The position numbers and the translations under genes were made by a program. From positions 28,808-92,807 of the forward strand of contig PHAA01000015.1 of NCBI GenBank assembly GCA_002840245.1: a DNA stretch of 64,000 nucleotides. Direction: 5' to 3'. Shown here piece after piece: positions 9,959-19,227 of the stretch. The DNA comes from Firmicutes bacterium HGW-Firmicutes-15. GTDB taxonomy: Bacteria > Bacillota > Syntrophomonadia > Syntrophomonadales > Syntrophomonadaceae. The stretch's first letter is position 1. Each line of letters opens with the position of its first letter. The notes below the pieces were generated by a model that was not told the origin of the DNA, did no database searches, and saw only the letters and a list, made by a program, of their open reading frames with translations.

Positions 9959-10186
9959 TTAATCCCCTTTGTTCTTTGAATATCGCAGATCAATTACTTT
10001 CTCTTTTAATTCAACATCTTTTCGCAAGATCTCTTGGCCTTCAATTAAATATTTATTATCATGATGATTCTTATTCGTTTTGATTTCATCTTGAACTATC
10101 TTTATATAAGCAATATCATCTGATATTTTAGAATCTAAAGCTAACTGAAGCCGGTATAACTCTTCTTGATTAAACAAACTACTCAT
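9959..10186 (-). CDS. Hypothetical 75-aa charged, helical protein
   Basis: ORF lying 3 nt upstream of arsC on the same strand. The RBS is weak and I recognise no motif. Confidence 0.4.
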   Translation of the reverse strand: MSSLFNQEELYRLQLALDSKISDDIAYIKIVQDEIKTNKNHHDNKYLIEGQEILRKDVELKEKVIDLRYSKNKGD

Positions 10187-10274
10187 CCTTTTTCAGCTTA
10201 TTGGGAGATTTAGTCCAATCTCATGGGAGCAACAAGAACCCGGAGATTTTTCAGGTTATCATATGCTTATGTCA

Positions 10275-10943
10275 CTATGACCTTGACATAACGTTTATGT
10301 CTACCCTTCGGCCTTCTACTACATAGATTACCATTTCCCCCAAATTAGTGGCATGATCTGCTATCCTTTCCAGATGACCGGCTACCAAAAGCAGGGAGGT
10401 TGCTTGGGGGATATTGCCCTGGTCTCGCATCATGTACGATAATAGTTCCCGGAATACTTCGTTATAGAGAGCTTCTACCTGTTTTTCCATGGCCACCAGA
10501 TTCATGGCTAGAGCTACATCGCCATCGATGAAAGCTTTCATAGCTGTCACCACCATATCTTCCGCAATCTGAGCCATCTTGGGTATGTCTATCAAAGGTT
10601 TCATGTAGGTCTGTTCGTACAGGTCTATGGCTATTTTGGCGATGTCCTCGGCGTGATCTCCCATACGTTCAATATCCACGATAATACGCAAAGCCGTGCC
10701 AATAAACCGCAGATCCCTGGCAAGGGGTTGTTTTAAAGCGATTAGGTAGAGGCATTTTTTTTCAATGTCCAGTTCCATCTGGTCAAGGATATCGTCTTTT
10801 TCTATCACTTCCCGGGCCAGTTCCATATTTTTTTCCGTCAAAGAACGATTGGACTTATATACCTGCTCCTGCAGCAGACTACCCATTTTCAGAATGTCTT
10901 CTTTTAATATTTCCAATTGATTGTCCAGAGAATCAATTGCCAT
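10275..10943 (-). CDS. phoU: Phosphate signalling regulator PhoU
   Basis: Two PhoU repeats with E(R)xGDHAxxIA motifs (DIERMGDHAEDIAK and HLERIADHATNLGE). A GGAGGT RBS lies 7 nt before the ATG at 10943. Confidence 0.92.
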   Translation of the reverse strand: MAIDSLDNQLEILKEDILKMGSLLQEQVYKSNRSLTEKNMELAREVIEKDDILDQMELDIEKKCLYLIALKQPLARDLRFIGTALRIIVDIERMGDHAEDIAKIAIDLYEQTYMKPLIDIPKMAQIAEDMVVTAMKAFIDGDVALAMNLVAMEKQVEALYNEVFRELLSYMMRDQGNIPQATSLLLVAGHLERIADHATNLGEMVIYVVEGRRVDINVMSRS

Positions 10944-10979
10944 AGAAAGTACCTCCAAAATTTATTTATGTTGATTATT

Positions 10980-11741
10980 TTATCCGAATCTCCCGGTAAT
11001 ATAATCTTCGGTTTTTTTATTGGCTGGATTAACAAACAATTCACTGGTACGATTAAACTCAATCAGATAGCCGTTCAGGAAAAATCCGGTAAAGTCGGAT
11101 ACTCGGGCCGCCTGCTGCATGTTGTGGGTTACAATAACAATAGTATAATTCTTTTTAAGTTCACCAATCAATTCTTCCAATTTGGAAGTAGATATAGGAT
11201 CAAGGGCTGAGGCCGGTTCGTCCATCAAGATTACTTCTGGATCTACTGCCAGAACCCGGGCGATAACCAGGCGCTGTTGCTGTCCGCCAGACATGCGGGC
11301 CGCCGGTGAGTTTAAACGGTTGCCCATTTCATTCCACAGGTTGGCAGCTCGCAGGCTTTTCTCAACAATTTCGTCCAGTTGGTTCTTTTTTTTGATACCA
11401 TGAATTCTTGGTCCATAGGCAACATTTTCGTATATTGACATAGGAAAGACAGATGGCTTTTGAAACACCATTCCCACCCTTTTTCTTAATCCTACTACAT
11501 CAACATCTTTTTCATAGATTGAAATATCGTCCAAGTAGACCTGACCTTTTATAGATGTACCTTCGATTAATTCATTTAGGCGGTTGAGCGTACGCAGGTA
11601 AGTTGATTTCCCACAGCCACTGGGACCGATAAGGGCAGTCACATGGTTCTCCTTCACTTCTAAGTTGATTCCATGCAGGGCTTGAAAATCCTGATAAAAT
11701 ACTTCCAGATCAACGCTTCTCATTTTTATGCTGTTATCCAT
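10980..11741 (-). CDS. pstB: Phosphate ABC transporter ATP-binding protein
   Basis: Walker [10 protein letters not shown], signature MSGGQQQR and Walker B ILMDEP. Confidence 0.95.
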   Translation of the reverse strand: MDNSIKMRSVDLEVFYQDFQALHGINLEVKENHVTALIGPSGCGKSTYLRTLNRLNELIEGTSIKGQVYLDDISIYEKDVDVVGLRKRVGMVFQKPSVFPMSIYENVAYGPRIHGIKKKNQLDEIVEKSLRAANLWNEMGNRLNSPAARMSGGQQQRLVIARVLAVDPEVILMDEPASALDPISTSKLEELIGELKKNYTIVIVTHNMQQAARVSDFTGFFLNGYLIEFNRTSELFVNPANKKTEDYITGRFG

Positions 11742-11757
11742 TAATTTTATCCTCCTG

Positions 11758-12618
11758 TTACCGCATTGCTTGGGTAAGTTTCTGTAGACTGAGATTGGCC
11801 AGATAGTTGATGATTATGATTAAGACTACAATTAAGAACGCAGTCCCAAAAGCACGCTCGGTTGATATTCCCTCCATAGCCAGTATATAAAGGTGTACCG
11901 ACATGGTGCGAGCTGGATCTGCTGGTGATATTGGCATACCCAGAGAACTTCCGGCGGTGAGGATAATGGCCGCGGTTTCACCCACCGTCCGACCTATGGA
12001 TAGGATGATCCCGGTCACAATTCCCGGCAAAGCTGAAGGCAGAATAACCTTCCTAATAGTCTGCCACTTGCTGGCTCCCAAGGCCAGACTGTTTTCCCGG
12101 TATTCGTGAGAAACGGTCAATATGGCTTCCTGAGCAGTGCGAGTAATAGTGGGAAGAATCATTATGGCCATGGTCAGACTTCCCGATAGAATGGACCAGC
12201 CCATACCCAGAAAAATTACAAAGAAGACAAAACCAAACAATCCAAATATGATAGATGGGATTCCCGCCAGGGTTTCTGAAGTGAGGTTTACCAAGCGGGC
12301 AAATTTGCTCCTGCTGCTCGCATATTCCTCCAGATAAATGGAACTGCCTACCCCAATAGGTACAGCTATAAGCAGCGACATCAATGTCAAATATAAGGTG
12401 CTGACGATAGTTGTAGATATACCTCCGGCCCGCCCCGCCTTGCTAGGGGGCTGAAGGATAAAATCCAGACTAATGCTGGATATTCCTTTTATCATCACAT
12501 AGCCGATTATCCCAGCTAATATAGCTATAATAACCAACCCTGACAACCAGAATCCAGCTGTTATTAATTTATCTTTCCAATTAATTTTTCCCATTCGCTG
12601 TACCTGCCTTGGCTGCAA
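11758..12618 (-). CDS. pstA: Phosphate ABC transporter permease PstA
   Basis: Six-TM permease with the EAA-loop-like motif [16 protein letters not shown]. The start is uncertain (TTG at 12618 or ATG at 12594) and overlaps the end of pstC. Confidence 0.9.
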   Translation of the reverse strand: MQPRQVQRMGKINWKDKLITAGFWLSGLVIIAILAGIIGYVMIKGISSISLDFILQPPSKAGRAGGISTTIVSTLYLTLMSLLIAVPIGVGSSIYLEEYASSRSKFARLVNLTSETLAGIPSIIFGLFGFVFFVIFLGMGWSILSGSLTMAIMILPTITRTAQEAILTVSHEYRENSLALGASKWQTIRKVILPSALPGIVTGIILSIGRTVGETAAIILTAGSSLGMPISPADPARTMSVHLYILAMEGISTERAFGTAFLIVVLIIIINYLANLSLQKLTQAMR

Positions 12619-13468
12619 ATTTTACCATCAAGTTTAAAAACACTATGAAAACAAACAAGACCATTCCCGTCGCAAAGAGGGCGGCTTGGTGATCTCCGGA
12701 TGCATAGCCCATTTCCAAAACGATGTTGCTGGTCATGGTCCTCACTGGTGCCAATATATTGCTGGGAATAACCGTGGAATTACCAGTTACCATGACCACT
12801 GCCATGGTTTCCCCTATAGCCCGACCCATTCCCAATACAACTGCAGTAATTATGCCGGAACGTGCTGCAGGGATTATAACCCTGCGGATGGTTTGATAGT
12901 GGGTGGCACCTAGAGCCAACGAGCCCTCTTTGTATTCCTTAGGGACGGCCAAGATGGAATCACGAGAAATACTAATGACTGTAGGAAGAATCATAATTCC
13001 TAATATAATCCCACCTGCTAATACGCTCAGACCGTTACCGCCGAAGAAGTCACGGATAAATGGAACGACCACAATTAGTCCCACAAATCCATATACAACC
13101 GAAGGAATACCAGCTAGCAATTCCACCAAATTACCCAGCATTCTTCCCACCCGGAAGGGAGCAATCTCTGCCATGAAAATGGCGGTTATAATACCTAGAG
13201 GCACGGCCCATAACATGGAAACCGAGGTCACCGCCATGGAACCCACAAACATCGGCCAGATTCCAAACATGCCTTTGGTGGGTCGCCAATCAGAACTGAA
13301 TAAAAAGTCCCATATACCAACCTTTAGCAACAGGGGTAGACCCCTGGCAAAAATAAACACGGTGATCAAAGCAATTATGATAATGAAAAGGGCGGCACAT
13401 AACACCAGGGCATTTTCTATTAATTTTTCTCCCCTGCGGTTAAGTCCACTGTTCTTCGTTTGGTTCAT
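12581..13468 (-). CDS. pstC: Phosphate ABC transporter permease PstC
   Basis: Permease with ALGATHYQTIRRVIIPAA, lying upstream of pstA. Confidence 0.9.
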   Translation of the reverse strand: MNQTKNSGLNRRGEKLIENALVLCAALFIIIIALITVFIFARGLPLLLKVGIWDFLFSSDWRPTKGMFGIWPMFVGSMAVTSVSMLWAVPLGIITAIFMAEIAPFRVGRMLGNLVELLAGIPSVVYGFVGLIVVVPFIRDFFGGNGLSVLAGGIILGIMILPTVISISRDSILAVPKEYKEGSLALGATHYQTIRRVIIPAARSGIITAVVLGMGRAIGETMAVVMVTGNSTVIPSNILAPVRTMTSNIVLEMGYASGDHQAALFATGMVLFVFIVFLNLMVKFAAKAGTANGKN

Positions 13469-13620
13469 TTTGCTTCCCTTCCCTCAATCGTTTGAGATAT
13501 TTATTATCAAATCCATCTCAGTCTGTCTTTGTGTACAGATTATCACTAGTTTATTAAGCCGGTAGGGGATATTTATTAAATTTGCCTTTAAGGATTGTAA
13601 AAGAATTGTAAATGAAGAAA

Positions 13621-13890
13621 TCGACAAGCTGCCAGCGCGAGCAAAAAAGGCGAAGAGCAAGGCTTGCAAAAATACCGTGCAACCTTATTATGTGAACGAA
13701 GTGAACACCGGGAGTACCCGTAGGGTGATTGAGGCGATTAAGGTATAGGGACGGACCGTCTGCTTCAAATTAAGGTCACGTCCCCGGCATAATGTATGGC
13801 GACACACCCCTTAAGGGGAATGTCCCCGTATGAAGTACGTCGATTGAACGGAATTTTTGCATAACGCAGCTATTCGCTTTTTTTGACGGT
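13621..13890 (+). repeat. Mosaic palindromic intergenic repeat, copy A (long form), in the pstS-pstC intercistronic gap
   Basis: It shares the blocks tcgacaag, gtgattgaggcg, gtacgtcgattgaacgg, ataacgcagc and attcgcttttttt-gacgg with copy B (49538-49688), and agtacccgtagggtga with copy C. It carries an extra segment of about 100 nt with small GC hairpins such as ccccttaagggg. Confidence 0.65.
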
Positions 13891-13896
13891 CTGTGG

Positions 13897-14760
13897 TTAT
13901 TTACTGATACTGACCGCACCTTCATCTACGATTATCTTTTGTCCTTCCGGGCTTAGGACAAAGTCGATGAATGCTTTGGATAGGCCGGTCGGAGCACCTT
14001 TGGTTACATAGGTGAAAGGCCTTTGCAGCTTGTAGCTGCCTGCTTTTACATTCGCTTCAGTTGGGGCTGTTCCATCGATGTACACAGCTTTGACCTTCTG
14101 GCTTATACTCGATAAGGAAACATAGCCAATGGCATTATTATCCCCGGCCACAGTAGTTGCCACCGCTCCGGTGGAATTCTGAATAATTGCGGTCTTGATG
14201 ATATCCTTTTTGTTCATTACCAGGCTGGTGAAGGCTTCTCTGGTACCCGAACCATCTTCTCTGGATACAACAGTTATGAGAGAATCTGGACCGCCAACAT
14301 CTTTCCAATTCTTGACGTTGCCCAGATAAATGTTCATAATATCTTCTGTTTTTAATGCTTTTACAGTATTGGAGGGGTGAACCACAATCGCGATTCCATC
14401 TAAAGCAATGATGGTATCTACCAGACCCTTGGACTTCTCATCCGCTGTCAGGGCCCGCGAAACTGAGCCCAGACCGGCTGCTCCTGAAATAGCGGCCTCA
14501 ACCCCAACACTGGAACCTCCACCCTGGACGTTGATCTGTAAGCCTTTGTTGCTGGCCATTAACTTCTCGGCCAATACTTCACTAAATGGCTGCACCGATG
14601 TTGATCCCGCAATGGTCAAAGTGCCGGTTAGTCCGGACGTATTGTTCTTGGCGGTATCCGAGGCATCTTTTTTACTACACCCAGATACTAGTGCTGCTCC
14701 TAATAGCAATAACCCCACTAAAAGAAAACTGGTGATTTTTCTAACTCTACATGATTTCAT
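13897..14760 (-). CDS. pstS: Phosphate-binding lipoprotein PstS
   Basis: Lipobox LVSGC and PBP-like fold motifs (AGSTSVQP, GSGTREAF). An AAGGGAGGG RBS precedes the ATG at 14760. Confidence 0.9.
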   Translation of the reverse strand: MKSCRVRKITSFLLVGLLLLGAALVSGCSKKDASDTAKNNTSGLTGTLTIAGSTSVQPFSEVLAEKLMASNKGLQINVQGGGSSVGVEAAISGAAGLGSVSRALTADEKSKGLVDTIIALDGIAIVVHPSNTVKALKTEDIMNIYLGNVKNWKDVGGPDSLITVVSREDGSGTREAFTSLVMNKKDIIKTAIIQNSTGAVATTVAGDNNAIGYVSLSSISQKVKAVYIDGTAPTEANVKAGSYKLQRPFTYVTKGAPTGLSKAFIDFVLSPEGQKIIVDEGAVSISK

Positions 14761-14846
14761 TAAGTTAAACCCTCCCTTTACGCTAATATTCACATCTATA
14801 GAATACGCCGGGTTTGTAAAATATAAACATTCTGCATATTAAAAGG

Positions 14847-14874
14847 GTGTATTTTTAGTGTAAATTTACTGTAA
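14847..14874 (-). promoter_or_regulatory. Pho boxes: three direct hexamers at 11-bp spacing upstream of pstS
   Basis: The minus strand reads TTACAG-taaat-TTACAC-taaaa-ATACAC. This matches the Bacillus-type PhoP box TT(A/T/C)ACA repeated every 11 bp. A tatatt -10-like hexamer lies downstream. Confidence 0.6.
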
Positions 14875-14913
14875 GTTTGGTTTAAGTCTTTGCTCATGGC
14901 AACTCAAAAGAGT

Positions 14914-16674
14914 TTATTTGGGGAGGATAATGGAAAAAGTCGAACCCTTACCTGCTGTACTATCAACCGTTACCTGCCCCTTTAGGTTTTCCACCAGGTG
15001 TTTTACTATCGCCAGCCCTAAGCCAGTTCCCCCTGTTTTTCTGGACCGGGCTTTGTCCACCCGATAAAATCTTTCGAATATCCTGACTATCTCCTTCTCG
15101 GGAATACCGATACCGTTATCCTTTACAACAAGCTTCACCTCATCGCCCAGGTCTTCTAACTCTATATCCACCTGATCCCCGTCTGCACTGTACTTTATGG
15201 CGTTATCTAATATGTTCATTAGGATCTGGTCAATTAGTTTCGGATCGCTAGTCAATTCCAGGATATTTTCCATCTCAGCATAATTGATAAGAATACTTCT
15301 AAGCCCGGCTAGCTTCGACATCCTCTCCACAGTAGCACTAACCAACTTGTTTATATTCACTGTCTGGAGGTTCAAGTTGAATTCATCTGACTCTAGTTTG
15401 GATAATTCTAACAATTCATCAATTAAGTGCGCCAGGCGTTGGGCTTCATCGTAGATAATGGTGGTAAACTCCATAACGTTATCCGGGTTCCTTCCACCCT
15501 CATCCAGCAGGGTTTCAGCGAAACCACTGATGCTGGTCACAGGTGTCTTTAATTCATGGGATACATTGGTAGCAAAATCTTTACGCACTTGTTCCAGACG
15601 CTTTAATTCAGTAATATCATTAAGAACCACGAGAATATCCTGCATGGCTAGGGCCTCATTTTTTATGGGCACGACATTGGCTTCGATAATCCTGGCCCCC
15701 AAAGTATGTAAAACAATGCTGCGTTTAACAGGTCTCAGGCTGATTTTCGCCTCATCAATCATTGCCAAAAGTTCATAAGTAGTTATAAGCTCTACATGTT
15801 TCCTGCCCGCAAAATGGGTTCCTAGCCCTAGCAGAGATATCGCGGCCGGGTTAGCATACACAACTTTGCCTTCGTTGCCAATCATAACGATACCATTTAC
15901 CGTATTATTTAAAAGGGCCTCCAGACGGTTTTTGACTTCGGATACTTCATACATACTCTGTTCAATGTGTTGGCCCATATCATTAAAGGCCTGCGCTAAT
16001 AATCCCATTTCATCCGCAGAGTTAAAGGAGGTACGCCTTTTCAAATTTCCTCTGGCCATATCCTGGACGGCTTCGGTGATATCCCTGAGGGGGTACGAAA
16101 AATATTGGGCTAGCACAAAACTAAGCAGGAAAGCCAATAATCCACACAGCAAAGCAGCCATCAACATGCCAGCAAACACATTATTATATATAGTCTGTAG
16201 TTCCGCCAGCGGCATTGCTATTCTCACTGCTCCCTTTATATCCCCAGCATTAAATGGAACAGCAACATAAAGCATGTTCATATCCAACGTATCGCTATAT
16301 CGCATTCCTACGCCAATTCCCCCATGTAAGGCCGCATATACTTCGGGACGGTTGCTGTGGATATCCATTTTGTCCGGCTCAGCCGCGGAATCGCCCAATA
16401 CAATCCCATCGGCATTTATGATGGTTACTCTGGCCGCGCTGTCTTGGGCAGCTGTTTCGCATATATCCTGATAACTGCGGGTAGAATCTTTATCCATAGA
16501 ACGGTATTTGCTCATGTCCGCTACTAGAAAAGCCTCCTTGGTGAGTCGTTCCTCCATGTTGTTCAAATAATAGTTTCTAAAATTGATATAGCCAATCCCT
16601 CCCATCAAAACAAGGAGGAGGGAGATAACGAGCAGGTAGGCGGCAACCAGTTTCCCGCGATAGCTTTTAATCAT
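14914..16674 (-). CDS. phoR: Phosphate-regulon sensor histidine kinase (TM-sensor-HAMP-PAS-HisKA-HATPase)
   Basis: H-box SHELKTPVTSI, N box NILDNAIKY and G boxes DNGIGIP/GGTGLGLAIV. The ATG at 16674 overlaps the phoP stop (gATGATTAA). Confidence 0.9.
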   Translation of the reverse strand: MIKSYRGKLVAAYLLVISLLLVLMGGIGYINFRNYYLNNMEERLTKEAFLVADMSKYRSMDKDSTRSYQDICETAAQDSAARVTIINADGIVLGDSAAEPDKMDIHSNRPEVYAALHGGIGVGMRYSDTLDMNMLYVAVPFNAGDIKGAVRIAMPLAELQTIYNNVFAGMLMAALLCGLLAFLLSFVLAQYFSYPLRDITEAVQDMARGNLKRRTSFNSADEMGLLAQAFNDMGQHIEQSMYEVSEVKNRLEALLNNTVNGIVMIGNEGKVVYANPAAISLLGLGTHFAGRKHVELITTYELLAMIDEAKISLRPVKRSIVLHTLGARIIEANVVPIKNEALAMQDILVVLNDITELKRLEQVRKDFATNVSHELKTPVTSISGFAETLLDEGGRNPDNVMEFTTIIYDEAQRLAHLIDELLELSKLESDEFNLNLQTVNINKLVSATVERMSKLAGLRSILINYAEMENILELTSDPKLIDQILMNILDNAIKYSADGDQVDIELEDLGDEVKLVVKDNGIGIPEKEIVRIFERFYRVDKARSRKTGGTGLGLAIVKHLVENLKGQVTVDSTAGKGSTFSIILPK

Positions 16675-17371
16675 CGGCTTTTTCCTCAAACTTATAACCT
16701 AGCCCCCGTACGGTTTTAATATGTTTAGGATCCCGACTGTCCTTTTCGATTTTATCGCGCAGTTTACTGATATGTACATCCAAGACGCGAGAGCCAACAC
16801 TATCAGCATAATCCCACAGAACCTGCAAGAGGTAATCGCGTTTCAAAACCCTGCCTTTATTTCTGATCAGCAGTTCCAGCAGTTCATACTCCTTGAGAGT
16901 TAAAGTCAGCAGATCCCCATTTTTAAATATTTCGTACTTGTCCGGCTTAACCATAAAATTGCCGGCGACCAGCTGGTTATCATCCTTACCGGATTCTGCA
17001 TTGTAGTTCTTTCTCCTCAAAACCGCCTTCACTCGAGCGGTTAATTCACGAACGCTAAAAGGTTTGGTAACGTAATCATCCGCACCCAGTTCCAAGCCCA
17101 GAACCCGATCAATTTCATCATCCCGGGCAGTCAGCATTATTATAGGGGTCATAATATTTTCCCTATGCAAATCGCGACATATTTCCAAGCCATCTTTTCC
17201 GGGCAGCATAAGATCCAGAATTATAAGATCAGGATGTTCCTGCTCTACCAATAGCCAAGCTTCATTCCCGTCATAAGCAGCTACAGTAGAAAACCCTTCT
17301 TTATTCAGGTTATAGGTTATTAATCTTACCAGAGCTTCTTCGTCATCCACGACCAGGATTTTACCGTTCAT
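16667..17371 (-). CDS. phoP: OmpR-family response regulator PhoP
   Basis: Receiver domain (VVDDEE...ILDLMLPGKDG...KPF) plus a winged-helix C-terminus (IKTVRGLGYKF). It lies immediately upstream of phoR and the pst genes. Confidence 0.9.
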   Translation of the reverse strand: MNGKILVVDDEEALVRLITYNLNKEGFSTVAAYDGNEAWLLVEQEHPDLIILDLMLPGKDGLEICRDLHRENIMTPIIMLTARDDEIDRVLGLELGADDYVTKPFSVRELTARVKAVLRRKNYNAESGKDDNQLVAGNFMVKPDKYEIFKNGDLLTLTLKEYELLELLIRNKGRVLKRDYLLQVLWDYADSVGSRVLDVHISKLRDKIEKDSRDPKHIKTVRGLGYKFEEKADD

Positions 17372-17860
17372 TGTTTCACCCCTATATTTCGAAGTTTAAT
17401 CGCCGTTAGTCTCTAGAATTAATTAGAAATGAACAAGACCTTTCTTGGTGAGTATACTGCTTAGGGCAATAGTACTCAATGCTATTATATAACATCGATG
17501 GTGTTAGAATCATTTATGCCCATACAATTTAGAAAATAGGAGGAGGTATACACAAGGCCAGCGGTCAAGGGTTTTGTGGAACCAGGGGAGTTGATCATTA
17601 TAACGACTCGCCAACAGAGGTCGAGGAACACATAAATTTAAAGAACTTATCAGGTAAGACTAATAAAAGTTTATTAAAAGTTTATTAATAATTTATAAGT
17701 ACTTAATAGTTGGCTGTTATCATTTTATATATGGTTAACATTTAAAATGCAATTCATAGCATAATAGGCATGGTAGATGAAGAGGGCGATAGGTGTGATG
17801 CCCCATCAATATATAGTGATACTAATTAGTATTAGATATTGCAGGGGGTGAAAGACCAGT

Positions 17861-18376
17861 ATGAGCACATTAGTTAACTTTATGAAGTGCCAAGACTACC
17901 GAGTTCTTTACCTGTTTAATCGGAGTATGAAGTGCCGACCTCTGGATATTTTAATGTATATGGTTACTCAACTTGGGTCATTGTCGGTAGTTGTTTCTTT
18001 AGTATTAATATGTCTTTTTTCCTCAAGCCCAACAATAGTAAGTGTCGGACACAGCCTGGCTATAGTCTTAATGTTTAGCCAAGTTATTGTACACTTTTTA
18101 AAGTTGCTGACTAATCGCCCACGTCCCTTTACAGCCATGGATAATATTATCGGTAGACGAATTTCTGCCCCAGGATTCTCATTTCCCTCCGGACATAGTT
18201 GTGCGGCCTTAGCGGTGGCAATTACCCTAGGTTCTTTCGTACCCGTTGCGGCGGCACTGTTAATATCTTTGGCCATACTGGTAGGCATTTCCAGAATTTA
18301 TCTGGGGGCTCATTACCCTAGTGATGTTCTAGTAGGATTTTTGATCGCATTTATTGTTTATGGGGTTTGTATATAG
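17861..18376 (+). CDS. PAP2-family lipid phosphatase
   Basis: All three PAP2 motifs are present: KLLTNRPRP, FPSGHS and SRIYLGAHYPSD. Confidence 0.85.
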   Translation: MSTLVNFMKCQDYRVLYLFNRSMKCRPLDILMYMVTQLGSLSVVVSLVLICLFSSSPTIVSVGHSLAIVLMFSQVIVHFLKLLTNRPRPFTAMDNIIGRRISAPGFSFPSGHSCAALAVAITLGSFVPVAAALLISLAILVGISRIYLGAHYPSDVLVGFLIAFIVYGVCI

Positions 18377-18478
18377 TAGTATAGCTTCAAAAGCTCGCAT
18401 AACTTTTAAGCCCTAAATTCAGCACTATGAGCCTTAGCAGCAGTTAGCCATTGGACAAATGTCTATACTAAGGAATAC

Positions 18479-19156
18479 TTGGATTTTCGATTGAATGAGG
18501 TTGAACAATTGAAACGTGAAAAGATAAAAGAAAATAATTACGTCGGGTTAACCTTAATCCTTATCTTATCCCTCGGATTGATTACCCTCTTTTTTTATTT
18601 CGATCGCCAGAATCAACTCTCCACTCTAATCCAAACATGGGGGTTGGGCGGTATTTTGTTCTCCATCCTTCTGATGGCTGCACTGTGTATGACCCCCATT
18701 CCTTCCGAAGGGCTCCTCATTCTCATACTCAAAATCTTCGGGATCTATGAAGGTACTCTTTTTGCGTGGCTGGGTTCAATCTTAAGTTCCTTGGCCATTT
18801 TCTATTTAGCCCGCTATTTTGGGCAAGGTTTCTTTAAAAAAATGATTACTCCCGATCGTTTTGAAACGGTTGATCATTGGATTCGAAAGAAGGGCTCCTT
18901 GGGGTTGTTAATTGCTCGCCTTCTCCCGATTCCTGCTTTTGCTGTCAACTATATTGCTGGGGTCATGCCTTCGGTTAAACTTTGGCCTTATGTGTGGACT
19001 GCTGCTCTATCGATCATCCCATACTATGTAGGAACTGCACTCGTTTATGTCGGGGTAGCCAAATCAATCTGGATATGGTTAGCGGTCGGAGGATTTATAA
19101 TTCTCGCCTTTTGGGGAATCAGCTACATTTTGAGCAAAAAAGCAAATAACTCCTGA
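18479..19156 (+). CDS. TVP38/TMEM64 (DedA-related) membrane protein
   Basis: Polytopic membrane protein with ...GSLGLLIARLLPIPAFAVNYIAGV..., typical of the SNARE-associated/TVP38 family. TTG start. Confidence 0.8.
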   Translation: MDFRLNEVEQLKREKIKENNYVGLTLILILSLGLITLFFYFDRQNQLSTLIQTWGLGGILFSILLMAALCMTPIPSEGLLILILKIFGIYEGTLFAWLGSILSSLAIFYLARYFGQGFFKKMITPDRFETVDHWIRKKGSLGLLIARLLPIPAFAVNYIAGVMPSVKLWPYVWTAALSIIPYYVGTALVYVGVAKSIWIWLAVGGFIILAFWGISYILSKKANNS

Positions 19157-19227
19157 AATAGTATTAAATATACATATTCAGGGTGTTTAACTTACTTATG
19201 ATTTTTACTTAAGAAAGGACAAATACT

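Noticed and set aside
12903-13565. 220-aa plus-strand ORF (with 12686-12913, 12137-12337 and 11903-12109) lying antisense to pstC and pstA
   Set aside because: It lies entirely inside well-supported pst permease genes on the other strand. Its P/T/R-rich, low-complexity translation is typical of antisense frames, and it has no RBS.
17540-17640. A strong AGGAGGAGGT Shine-Dalgarno-like sequence with an open frame downstream, in the phoP/PAP2 spacer
   Set aside because: No ATG, GTG or TTG lies at a workable distance; the nearest in-frame codon is ATA. It is probably a relic or coincidence.
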